NCBI GenBank assembly: GCA_048885535.1
Contig: JBHLLO010000016.1
Span: 1-51,018, forward strand
Direction of reading: 5' to 3'
Source: Candidatus Hermodarchaeota archaeon
GTDB taxonomy: Archaea; Asgardarchaeota; Lokiarchaeia; Sigyniarchaeales; SOKP01
DNA length: 51,018 nt
Below are positions 18,198 to 26,968 of the stretch, one piece after another (position 1 is the first letter of the stretch; each line of letters opens with the position of its first letter). The notes beneath the pieces were generated by a model, which had not been told where the DNA came from, searched no databases, and was given only the letters and a program-made list of their open reading frames with translations. A program made the translations under genes and the position numbers.

Positions 18198-18536
18198 ATG
18201 TCAGAGAAGATTAAGATTAAAGGTTTCGTAGAAGTCCAGAACGTAAACGAAATGTTAGACTATCAAGAGGGCTCTATAGTTAGTAGAACTTTAATTGAGA
18301 AGGACCATGGAACAGTGACACTCTTTTCTTTTGATAAAGATGAAGGTTTGAGCGAACACACAGCTCCATTTGACGCCATGGTACATGTTTTAGATGGAAA
18401 AGTGAAAATTACTATTTCCAAAAAAGAGTATGTATTAAATAAGGGGCAGATGATAATAATGCCAGCTAATGAGCCTCACGCATTGAAAGCTCTTGAAAAG
18501 TTTAAGATGATGCTTATAATGATTAAAGAGAAATAA
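18198..18536 (+). CDS. Cupin domain protein
   Basis: LSEHTAP, MPANEPHAL. Confidence 0.9.
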   Translation: MSEKIKIKGFVEVQNVNEMLDYQEGSIVSRTLIEKDHGTVTLFSFDKDEGLSEHTAPFDAMVHVLDGKVKITISKKEYVLNKGQMIIMPANEPHALKALEKFKMMLIMIKEK

Positions 18537-18540
18537 CTGA

Positions 18541-18550
18541 TTTTTTTTTT
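18541..18550 (+). terminator. Oligo-T terminator
   Basis: T10 run 4 nt after the cupin stop. Confidence 0.55.
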
Positions 18551-18616
18551 CTATATTATTTAAATTATTTCTAACCTAACTAAAACCAATAAAAAAATTT
18601 AATTGGGGATTTAAAG

Positions 18617-19429
18617 ATGGCAATAGTAGGAATTAATTACGATAAATGTACTAATTGTGGATTATGTAATAAGGAGTGTCAGTGGCTATTTATTAAAAAT
18701 GAACAACAGAATAAGATTATTTTTGAAGACATTCACGGAAGGTGTAATTTATGTGGACATTGTATTGCTGTATGTCCTCAGGAAGCGATAATTTATGAAA
18801 ATTTAGGGGATGATCCTTACTATTTTGATGGAATAGAAGATCTTGAAAATTATATCCCCTACGAAAGAATCTCTAACTTTTTAAGAGCAAATCGTTCAAT
18901 TCGGCATTATAAGAACAAACCTATACCTGAATTAATCTTGAAAAAAGTAATTAGAGTTATGGAGTACGCACCAACAGGAGCAAATGTAAGAGGAGAAAAA
19001 ATAACTATTATATCTAACCCAGAACAATTAAAGGATCTTTCAGATGGAATTATTGACGAACTACTCAAAAATTCAGCCATTAAATCTCGTAGTGGAGAAC
19101 GCTTTAAAAAATTAAGAAAAACACATAAACATGCTATTTTCCATGATGCTCCCCACATTATCATAGTCTCCTCTTTCGGAGACTCGGCATTAGATCATTA
19201 TAATATCGGTAATATAATCACATATGGTAGAATTGGAGCTCAATCTTTAGGTTTAGGAACATGCTATATTGGATATGCCCAAATGGCTTTTAAGAGCAAT
19301 TCTAAACTCCTCAAAATTGCTAAGATTATAGGTAAAAGTTGGGGTGTGATCACAATAGGGTATCCTAATATCAAATACTTACGTTGCCCACCACGATCCT
19401 ATAAAAAAATAAAAAGTCTAGACACATAA
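18617..19429 (+). CDS. Nitroreductase family protein with an N-terminal 4Fe-4S ferredoxin domain
   Basis: CTNCGLC...C, CNLCGHCIAVCP, RSIRHYK, YAPTG.N, LGLGTC. Confidence 0.9.
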   Translation: MAIVGINYDKCTNCGLCNKECQWLFIKNEQQNKIIFEDIHGRCNLCGHCIAVCPQEAIIYENLGDDPYYFDGIEDLENYIPYERISNFLRANRSIRHYKNKPIPELILKKVIRVMEYAPTGANVRGEKITIISNPEQLKDLSDGIIDELLKNSAIKSRSGERFKKLRKTHKHAIFHDAPHIIIVSSFGDSALDHYNIGNIITYGRIGAQSLGLGTCYIGYAQMAFKSNSKLLKIAKIIGKSWGVITIGYPNIKYLRCPPRSYKKIKSLDT

Positions 19430-19477
19430 AAGCCAAAAAGGTAATAAGATTTTATAAAAAAAAAGTAATATTAATTC

Positions 19478-20386
19478 CTATATTATTATAGAAACATCAA
19501 TAATAATTGATAAAATGTAAATCAATAGTGTTGCATGGAATAGAGGTAATGCCTTCAATCTCCCTTTTGAATCCTTAGCTTTTAATATAATCAAATTAGC
19601 TATTAAAATAATGATCCAACTGACTGCAAATCCAACTAACGCTATAACACCCATATTAAGAAATACAAATATTACTGAAGTTACAATATGAATTAGAGAA
19701 AAAGAACTAATCCATATGATATTTCCCTTAACACCGTACAGACCTGTAATGGTTTTAAGCTTCTTTACCTCGTCATTTTCAATATCTACAATATCGTTTG
19801 CTCCAAGATGAGCTAGAGCCCATGGATAGAAAAAGATAATATAAAGAATAACAGTATAATCAAATTGACCAAAACATAAGTAACCTGCTATTGGAAACAA
19901 GAGCAGATCAGTTCTTCCAAGAATTTGGGCAATTGGAAATGTTTGTTTTCTTTTCACTATTTGATAAAAAACTTCCATTGAATATGCATAAACCATAATG
20001 ATGTAGATATATATAAGATTTGGAAATGGTAAAAAGGCTATCAAAATAGCAGTAATTGAAACAAGAACAGCAAAAATCGCTATGGCTTCCTTTAAAGAAA
20101 CTTTCCCCGAAGGAATGGGGCGTTCTTTGAAAGGTCTCCAATAATTTGTAAGTGTATCATCAGTATCTAATTTATCTATGCTATGATCGACAATATCATT
20201 TAAAACCATTCCAGCTTCAAATCCAGCAAGCCCAATGAATATCGCCAAGAATAATAGGTTCCAGGAAAAATAATTGTAATTTCTAAAAGCAAGCATTAAA
20301 CCTGAACAAAATAATAAAGGCCAAACAGGTGCAAAGTGTGCTCTAGTTAGATCAATGTATGCTTTAATTTTTTCTTTGATTTTCAT
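19478..20386 (-). CDS. UbiA family prenyltransferase
   Basis: NDIVDHSID, RPIPSG, NDIVDIEND; multiple TM helices. Confidence 0.85.
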   Translation of the reverse strand: MKIKEKIKAYIDLTRAHFAPVWPLLFCSGLMLAFRNYNYFSWNLLFLAIFIGLAGFEAGMVLNDIVDHSIDKLDTDDTLTNYWRPFKERPIPSGKVSLKEAIAIFAVLVSITAILIAFLPFPNLIYIYIIMVYAYSMEVFYQIVKRKQTFPIAQILGRTDLLLFPIAGYLCFGQFDYTVILYIIFFYPWALAHLGANDIVDIENDEVKKLKTITGLYGVKGNIIWISSFSLIHIVTSVIFVFLNMGVIALVGFAVSWIIILIANLIILKAKDSKGRLKALPLFHATLLIYILSIIIDVSIII

Positions 20387-20694
20387 AAATAAAACCTATT
20401 TTATGATAATGATAGTCATTAATTAAAGAAAGATTTTACTTTTTTAAAAAAACCTTTGGAGTCCAAATTTAATACATGATGTACATCACATAATCAATTT
20501 AATACAAAAATAAATTCCTTCTAATCAAGTGAAAAAGGCAAATTCATGAAAGATAATGACTTTAATCACTTTTACGCAATTTATTTGCTTCCAGATAATG
20601 CATGTGACCAAAAGACTATGAAGCATTGCTCAGTTTAATTAAGAAGGGAGTTTTTGTTCCTATTAAGAAACAAGATTAACTTTCAGAATAAACT

Positions 20695-21219
20695 TTAATA
20701 CTTATTGTTAGAATTTTTAAGCATTAATTTAGCAAGTTTTTTAAAAATTTCCTCGACATTAAGACCTGTTTTACTAGAACATTCAAACATTTCATTTAAA
20801 CTATGTGATATAACTATTTCCAATCCTTCATCAAAGGTTACTTGACGAAGTTCCTCCAAATCTGCTTTTCCTCCTACAAGGATAATTGGAAAGCTTTCTC
20901 CAGTCTCCTCTATAACAGATAACCAATCTTCAATATGAAAAGTCGAAGGGTAACTTGTAATATCATACATTAGAATTCCTCCACTTGCGCCACGTATATA
21001 TTTTGGAAGAAGAAATCTAAACCTTTCTTCACCACCAAAGTCCCAAATCTGCAATTTTACCTCTTTCCCCTCAATTTCAATAGTCTTTACTACAAAATCC
21101 ACTCCTATCGTCATTTGCGTATCCGATATAAATAAATTTGTCATAAACCTCTTAGTTAATGCGGTCTTACCACTCCCAGCGTCACCAAAGATAACTACCT
21201 TGAAAATTGCATCATACAT
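20695..21219 (-). CDS. Rab-like small GTPase
   Basis: GDAGSGKT, TIGVDF, KLQIWDFGGEERF, GGKAD, ECSSK. Confidence 0.95.
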   Translation of the reverse strand: MYDAIFKVVIFGDAGSGKTALTKRFMTNLFISDTQMTIGVDFVVKTIEIEGKEVKLQIWDFGGEERFRFLLPKYIRGASGGILMYDITSYPSTFHIEDWLSVIEETGESFPIILVGGKADLEELRQVTFDEGLEIVISHSLNEMFECSSKTGLNVEEIFKKLAKLMLKNSNNKY

Positions 21220-21410
21220 AGCTCTTTCTTTGAATTATCATCTTAAGTCTAATAAACCTATATATTACATTTTGCTACATAAACATTTTCTTTATTATTT
21301 ATTAAACCTAGCGTTATTCATTTTGAGATTTCTGAATTAAAAATATTCTCAAATTTACTGAGGAAAGAAACCGAATTTTATGAATTATATTTGAACCAAC
21401 TGAAAAACAC

Positions 21411-22754
21411 CTAAAAAGTTATAGTTTCAATATTTTTCAGCTTCACTACGAGTCCGCTATCTCCCGCATACAGCGACGATAGGGCTGTGTTTCGTAGCAA
21501 ATCCAACCGTTTATAGAAGGATTCCTCGGTCAAGGAGGGTTGATGCGATAGGAAACTGTATTTATGTTTCTTACGAATAAATCTTTCAAGAATATTTACT
21601 GCAGAATTAAGATCTCGATCAAGTTGGTTTCCACAATCACATATCATAATTCTTTCGGAGAGAGCTCTCTTTTTCTTTCTTCCACAAATGAAACAATTTT
21701 GGGAGGTATACGATTCGTCAATTCTTATTACTCTTTTACCTATTTTTCTTGCTTTATAGGTTAAGAATTCGGCAAATCGACCCAGAGAGCCTGTATTATG
21801 AATAGAATAATTTAAGGTTCTGTTCCTTTTTGTTTTAGTTGCATTCCCTGTACCTTTTTTTCTCTTGGCCATCTTTTTTACTGATAAATCTCCAATTATA
21901 ATCGTATTTGCTTTCGTATTTGAGACAATCTTCTTAGATATTTTATGTTGATAATCTCGCATTTGATTTGCACATCTCCGCTTCATTTTACTAAGTTTTT
22001 CATTATATTTATGCCATCGATGACTATATTTTTTACAATGGTCTCGTTTTGATTGAACTTCATTAACTTTTTTTTTCCAATAAAGATCCGCCCTTCTATT
22101 TTTAATCTGGATGAATTTTAAGTGTAGATTGACCGCTGATACAAGGTTGGAAATACCTAAATCGATTGCTTGATAAAGCCCATTATCTGTGTAGTTTACT
22201 GGAGTAAACTCATAGATTATACAGATAAACCATTTATTAGAAAAATGTGTAATCTCGATTTGTTTAATCTTTTCTGTCCCTCTATATGGAGACATAAAAC
22301 GGAATATTAATGGTTCTTTGGAAGGATGATTATGGGAAAACTGAACATGTGTTTTTTTTTTAGCTAATTTAAAACCACTCTGATTGTAGCAAAGGGTAGT
22401 AAAATATTTCTTTCCCTTGAATTTCGGAGGATGTGCTGTTTTGTCTCCATTGTTCCATTTGATAAAAAAAGATTTATACGCACTATCCAGTTTCCTTAAC
22501 GTCATCTGTAACACTTTAGAAAACACCCAGTTGTATTTGGGATACTTCTTTTTTAAGGAAGGTAAATTGTTTTGTTGTTCTTTATAGGTAATATTATGTC
22601 GAGCTTCTTTAGGTTTATCTCGATTCTCTCTCCAATTGTCTATCCTTTCTTTTAACCCAAAATTATATAGTAATCGACATTTCTCTGATAAATCCCATAA
22701 TACATTTGATTGTTCTTGAGTAGGAAAGATTCTGATTTTCTGAGCTAAAAGCAT
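21411..22754 (-). CDS. tnpB: TnpB RNA-guided endonuclease (IS200/IS605 family)
   Basis: N-terminal KIRIFPT..Q HTH, RuvC-I AIDLG, Zn finger CFICG..CDCG, RuvC-III DRDLNSAVNI. Confidence 0.95.
   Translation of the reverse strand: MLLAQKIRIFPTQEQSNVLWDLSEKCRLLYNFGLKERIDNWRENRDKPKEARHNITYKEQQNNLPSLKKKYPKYNWVFSKVLQMTLRKLDSAYKSFFIKWNNGDKTAHPPKFKGKKYFTTLCYNQSGFKLAKKKTHVQFSHNHPSKEPLIFRFMSPYRGTEKIKQIEITHFSNKWFICIIYEFTPVNYTDNGLYQAIDLGISNLVSAVNLHLKFIQIKNRRADLYWKKKVNEVQSKRDHCKKYSHRWHKYNEKLSKMKRRCANQMRDYQHKISKKIVSNTKANTIIIGDLSVKKMAKRKKGTGNATKTKRNRTLNYSIHNTGSLGRFAEFLTYKARKIGKRVIRIDESYTSQNCFICGRKKKRALSERIMICDCGNQLDRDLNSAVNILERFIRKKHKYSFLSHQPSLTEESFYKRLDLLRNTALSSLYAGDSGLVVKLKNIETITF
21440..21560 (-). ncRNA. 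Putative omegaRNA/reRNA scaffold overlapping the tnpB 3' end
   Basis: Locally GC-rich; nested stems CTACGA/TCGTAG (21446-21497) and CTATC/GATAG; position expected for TnpB guides. Confidence 0.55.
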
Positions 22755-22947
22755 ATTACTTAGGTTATAAAGCAATTTGAAATTTTAATGAAAGCTGAGC
22801 GTGAAATTATAAATTTTTAGCCAAATTTCAGAAGATTTATATTTAAAATCATTCCAATATTTTGTAATTTAATTAGTTTATATAGATTTTTCATAATCAT
22901 TACATTTATCTCCTTAAAAAATTACTAAATATTAAAAACGAAATAAT

Positions 22948-23796
22948 GTGATAAAATTGGAAGCGATACTGGGATTTTTAATGATTGTTATTATTGGACT
23001 TTTTAGCCTACTAGGTTTATTTATGATTTCAATTAAAGAAAAGACATTAGACAGATTTTTATTTGTTCTAGTAGCATTTGCCACAGGTACTATTCTCGCT
23101 ACAGCACTATTTGATTTAATTCCAGAATCTATTCATCATCTCGAAGAATTAAATGCAGGAGGTGCTGGGATTAGTGAATCTGTTTTATTCTCTTTTATTA
23201 TAATAGGATTTGTAATATTTTTTATTATCGAACGTTTTATTTATTGGTTCCATGGACATGCTCATGAAAAAGAAGATAAATTAGTTTGCTATGATAGTAT
23301 CACTGAAGGAATTGGAGGCGTTTTAAAAAGGAACGGTAAAATAAAAAATTTTGCACTCCTTAATCTAATAGGGGATTCTTTACATAATTTTCTAGACGGT
23401 ATTATCATAATGGTAGCTTTTTTGAATGGAATCAGTACGGGCTTTATAATCACACTTGCAGTTTTATTTCATGAATTACCCCAAGAGATTGGTGATTTTG
23501 GGATTCTAGTTTATGGTGGTTTTTCCAAAAGAAAGGCACTCATATTTAATTTTGCGAGTGCCATGGTTGCATTATTGGGAGGGTTATTAGTTTATCTGCT
23601 ATCAGATACTATCAGCTTTTTTAACTTATTCTTCTTAGCTTTTTCTGGAGGGGGATTCTTATATATCGCGAGTACCGAATTGATGCCAGAACTAATAAAG
23701 GAAAAAAACCTAAAAAAGTCTATCATTCAAGCACTCCTTTTTTTAATTGGCTTAGTACTGATTATTTTCATGGTACTACTTTTACCACATGAATAG
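22948..23796 (+). CDS. ZIP family metal transporter
   Basis: FDLIPES, HGHAHE loop, GDSLHNFLDG, HELPQEIGDFG, ELMPE. Confidence 0.92.
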   Translation: MIKLEAILGFLMIVIIGLFSLLGLFMISIKEKTLDRFLFVLVAFATGTILATALFDLIPESIHHLEELNAGGAGISESVLFSFIIIGFVIFFIIERFIYWFHGHAHEKEDKLVCYDSITEGIGGVLKRNGKIKNFALLNLIGDSLHNFLDGIIIMVAFLNGISTGFIITLAVLFHELPQEIGDFGILVYGGFSKRKALIFNFASAMVALLGGLLVYLLSDTISFFNLFFLAFSGGGFLYIASTELMPELIKEKNLKKSIIQALLFLIGLVLIIFMVLLLPHE

Positions 23797-23875
23797 TAAG
23801 ATAATATTTCTTTAAATTCTTAAACAAAAGTAGAAAAAAAATATATATTTTTAATATTAACTGTTATAGTCTCTT

Positions 23876-23986
23876 TTAAGCTGGCTTTTTTTTTGGTGCT
23901 GCTTTCTTTTTTGGAGCTGGTTTCTTTTTTGGAGCTGCTTTTTTTTTAGGTGCTGGTTTTTTTTTAGGAGCTTTCTTTTTTGCCAT
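23876..23986 (-). CDS. 36-aa Lys/Ala/Pro repeat microprotein resembling a histone H1 C-terminal domain; missing from the ORF track
   Basis: ATG..TAA encoding MAKKKAPKKKPAPKKKAAPKKKPAPKKKAAPKKKPA; purine-rich GGAAAAGGGACGGA leader; synonymous codon variation between repeats. Confidence 0.8.
   Translation of the reverse strand: MAKKKAPKKKPAPKKKAAPKKKPAPKKKAAPKKKPA
23879..23980 (-). repeat. Imperfect 18-nt tandem repeat with a 36-nt higher-order period, encoding [P/A]APKKK
   Basis: About 5.5 units of (C/G)CA GC(A/T) CC(A/T) AAA AA(A/G) AA(A/G). Confidence 0.9.
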
Positions 23987-24412
23987 TATCCGTCCCTTTT
24001 CCTGCTTTTAATTTATTTTTTTAAATAATCGTAAAAATATGAAAAAATATATACATAACTTAAATTTAAATATTTAGCTTCTGAAATTGAGTTTTTGCTT
24101 TCTATTTCTTTTTGAGTACAACCATTTAAACTCTCGGGTAATTAACAGAAGTGAGGTTATTCTAAGAGGTGATTGGAAAAAAGTCTGATTTAAGCAACCT
24201 AAGTGTCAATTAAGTACAATTACTTTTATAGATCTGTTTATTAACTGTTAATTAAAGAGCTTTAGTATTATATTTTCCTCATAATTAGAAATTAAAAAAA
24301 AAAAAATCTTCTCTCTTTCAAAATAAAAACTCATATTTACCAGTTAAATAATTCAAAAAAGTATATGAGAAAGGAAATATTTATTACTACTAAACGATAA
24401 AGGTGTAAAGAT

Positions 24413-25663
24413 ATACCACTCTTAAGTGATCCTCCTGAAGATATCAATAGTAAATTATTAACTCAAAAATCTTCAGGGGATTATCGAGTATGGCCTATCT
24501 TTATGCTTTCCTTTATTAGATTATGTTATGTATCTATTTTTGAAAGAGCTCTGCAAAATTATTTATATTTTGTTATTAATATTAGCGAGAGTACCTTAGG
24601 TCTAATTTCTTCTGTAGGAGCTATTGCATATATTTTTGCTCCTATCTTAGGTCAATTTATAACTCTGAAATTAGGTATTCGAAATTCAATAATTCTTTCC
24701 TCAATTTTAACACCTATATTAACAGGAGCCCAAGTTATTTACTTTGAACCCTGGTTTTTAATTATGTGTCGTATAATGTTAGGTTTGGCTTTAGGAGTTT
24801 TTTGGCCAAATTGTTTCAATTTATTAAGTAGATGGCAAAAAATAAGTGATACAAAAAGGTCTAATAAGAATTTCAAATTTTTCAACATTTCTTGGAATTC
24901 GGGATTCTTAATTGGACTTATTCTAGGATACATTTGGTCAATTTGGTGGAATGATTACTTTGCCATGATAGTTTCCTTCTTTATGTCTTTCTTATTAATC
25001 CCTGTAAGCATCTTCTTAAATAAAGAGCCCGAATTATCATCAATAGCAAAAAGTCCGGAAATGCAGTTGGATTCATCAATATCTCATATTGAAGTAAAAA
25101 GTAATACCCCAATGATAGTATATCCAATATTGTTCTCTTGGATTGGTATAATCTTCTTAACTATATCAAAATCAAATTTTATCTTTTCTTATCAAATTTT
25201 TTTAAAAGCTTCTGGAAATCCTTCTTCTTATACATATCTTATTCAATTTGGGATACAGGCAGCTCAACTTGTAGGATTAACGTGGATTAATGTCATAAAT
25301 ATTTACAAAAGAAGGGTGTATGTAATATTAAGTATTCTTATAATTATCCTATTTTCATCTTTAGTTCCCACTATTGACAGTATTATGTTTATTTCAATAA
25401 TTAGTATTGCCACAGGTCTTTTTTTTGGCTTAATTCATGGAACATCCATGAAAGTTATGCTTGAACACGGAACAGCAAAAAATACGGCAAAATATTCAAC
25501 TATTAATGAAATTTTAGTTGGAGTTGGATTTGGTTTAACACCAATTATTGCGGGTTATATTGCTGAAATAAACATTAACTTTATGTTTTTCTTCCTATCT
25601 GTATTAGGCTTTACAGTATTAATATTTTTGACACATCTCTCTCGAAACATTAAAAGATATTGA
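24413..25663 (+). CDS. MFS transporter (start uncertain; first ATG is 24503, frame open from 24401)
   Basis: Multi-TM paralogue of 31996-33258; the shared YRVWPIF motif lies upstream of the first ATG. Confidence 0.85.
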   Translation: MPLLSDPPEDINSKLLTQKSSGDYRVWPIFMLSFIRLCYVSIFERALQNYLYFVINISESTLGLISSVGAIAYIFAPILGQFITLKLGIRNSIILSSILTPILTGAQVIYFEPWFLIMCRIMLGLALGVFWPNCFNLLSRWQKISDTKRSNKNFKFFNISWNSGFLIGLILGYIWSIWWNDYFAMIVSFFMSFLLIPVSIFLNKEPELSSIAKSPEMQLDSSISHIEVKSNTPMIVYPILFSWIGIIFLTISKSNFIFSYQIFLKASGNPSSYTYLIQFGIQAAQLVGLTWINVINIYKRRVYVILSILIIILFSSLVPTIDSIMFISIISIATGLFFGLIHGTSMKVMLEHGTAKNTAKYSTINEILVGVGFGLTPIIAGYIAEININFMFFFLSVLGFTVLIFLTHLSRNIKRY

Positions 25664-25868
25664 TTTGAGTTTTCAATTATTTTAACTTTTTTTATATTAT
25701 TTAGGTTTCAACTTCCCAATCCGGAATTTGGTATAGATTGGTTCTTGAAACAATTTTTACAAAAAATAATACCTCAATTTCCTTCAATATCGATTTAAAT
25801 AGATGATAGAAAATCTATTACATAATAATTCTAAACAAAAATTTAGTTACCATTATGGAGTGATATGT

Positions 25869-26888
25869 ATGAAATTAAGAAATTATGGGATCTTAATGAT
25901 AATGATACTCTCTTTATTTGCTTTTAGCGCTAGTTTTAATGTGGCAGCTACAATCGATGATGATAATGATGGTATTGATGATGATTATGAAGAATCACAT
26001 AAACGTAACATTGAAGTTGAGCTTTTCCCAGATGAAATTAAAGTAGAATCACATTTACGTCAAGGTCCAATTGATGAAATTGAGCTGGAAGTAAAATATG
26101 ATAATAATGGCGTTGATATTAAAGTTAGCTATGAATCTGAATACACATCTGAGAATGAAACTGAATTTGAAATAGAGTTTGAAGCAAGCTTTCGTGAATT
26201 AATAGAATTTGTTGATTTGAATAGTGATGGTATATACGAACCTTCAATTGATAACACAATTCAGGAAATTGCTTTAAATAGTTTCAAACCTGCTGTATAT
26301 ACCTCATCTAATATCTCTACCGATACAACCTTACATTATATATTTATAAATAGTACAGATGGAGTTTTTGCTGCCCATTTATATGTTGTTGAGGAATATG
26401 CTATAGTAAATGGAACCTTTATTGCACCAACCTCTTTAAAAATTGACATTGAAATTAATAACTTCAATTACATCGATGGAAATTCGCAATTAGCCTTGTA
26501 TGTTAAACTTAGCTCTAGCGGTGAATATGAATATGAAGAAGAAACTGAAGATGAGAAAGATGGATATACCTCAGATGAATCAGGAGTAAAAACTGAAATA
26601 AATAATTATAAAGGCGCTTTTACGTGGAAGGAAAATGCAACTATTGACGGAATTTCAAAACAAGTCTTAGCAAGTCAAATAGAAGTTGATGATGATGATG
26701 AGAATGAACAGAAATTATACCTTAACTATCCTAGGGGCGACTCTATTTACCACGATCCAACGATGAGTATTTATTCGATAAATCGGGGGATTACTGATTG
26801 GTTTCCTTTTATATTAATTGGTAGTATAATAGGGATTATTGGGATTGTTAGTATAAGTAGTATTGTTATCATTAGAAGAAGAAAATAA
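25869..26888 (+). CDS. Acidic secreted protein with a C-terminal membrane anchor, paralogue A
   Basis: Signal peptide after a GGAGTGA RBS, DDDNDGIDD and DLNSDG Ca-binding-like loops, YHDP, C-terminal TM + RRRK. Confidence 0.75.
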   Translation: MKLRNYGILMIMILSLFAFSASFNVAATIDDDNDGIDDDYEESHKRNIEVELFPDEIKVESHLRQGPIDEIELEVKYDNNGVDIKVSYESEYTSENETEFEIEFEASFRELIEFVDLNSDGIYEPSIDNTIQEIALNSFKPAVYTSSNISTDTTLHYIFINSTDGVFAAHLYVVEEYAIVNGTFIAPTSLKIDIEINNFNYIDGNSQLALYVKLSSSGEYEYEEETEDEKDGYTSDESGVKTEINNYKGAFTWKENATIDGISKQVLASQIEVDDDDENEQKLYLNYPRGDSIYHDPTMSIYSINRGITDWFPFILIGSIIGIIGIVSISSIVIIRRRK

Positions 26889-26900
26889 TATATCTATTCA

Positions 26901-26910
26901 TTTTTTTTTT
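26901..26910 (+). terminator. Oligo-T terminator
   Basis: T10 run 12 nt after the stop. Confidence 0.45.
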
Positions 26911-26968
26911 AATTTTTAATCAAAAATTTAAAATAATTTAGAATTGAATTTAATTTGAAAAAAAAGCT

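Larger units (their letters stand above)
21411..22800 (-). mobile_element. Solo tnpB element (IS1341-like, no tnpA); boundaries approximate
   Basis: tnpB with no adjacent transposase; flanked by unrelated host genes. Confidence 0.7.

Noticed and set aside
20400-20690. Short ORFs, including an LIGTKT stretch resembling the GTPase G4 region
   Set aside because: Too short, no flanking similarity; probably chance
21411-22754. Cas12f/CRISPR system or catalytically dead TnpB
   Set aside because: No array or cas genes seen; the missing RuvC-II Glu is plausibly compensated by the ESYTS Glu
23879-23980. Non-coding minisatellite, poly-T terminator cluster or mini-CRISPR
   Set aside because: No spacers; variation is synonymous and frame-preserving, bounded exactly by ATG and TAA
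24100-24310. Possible ncRNA or small ORF (GAGGTGA then TTG; A14 run)
   Set aside because: The ORF is only six codons; no convincing stem or C/D boxes
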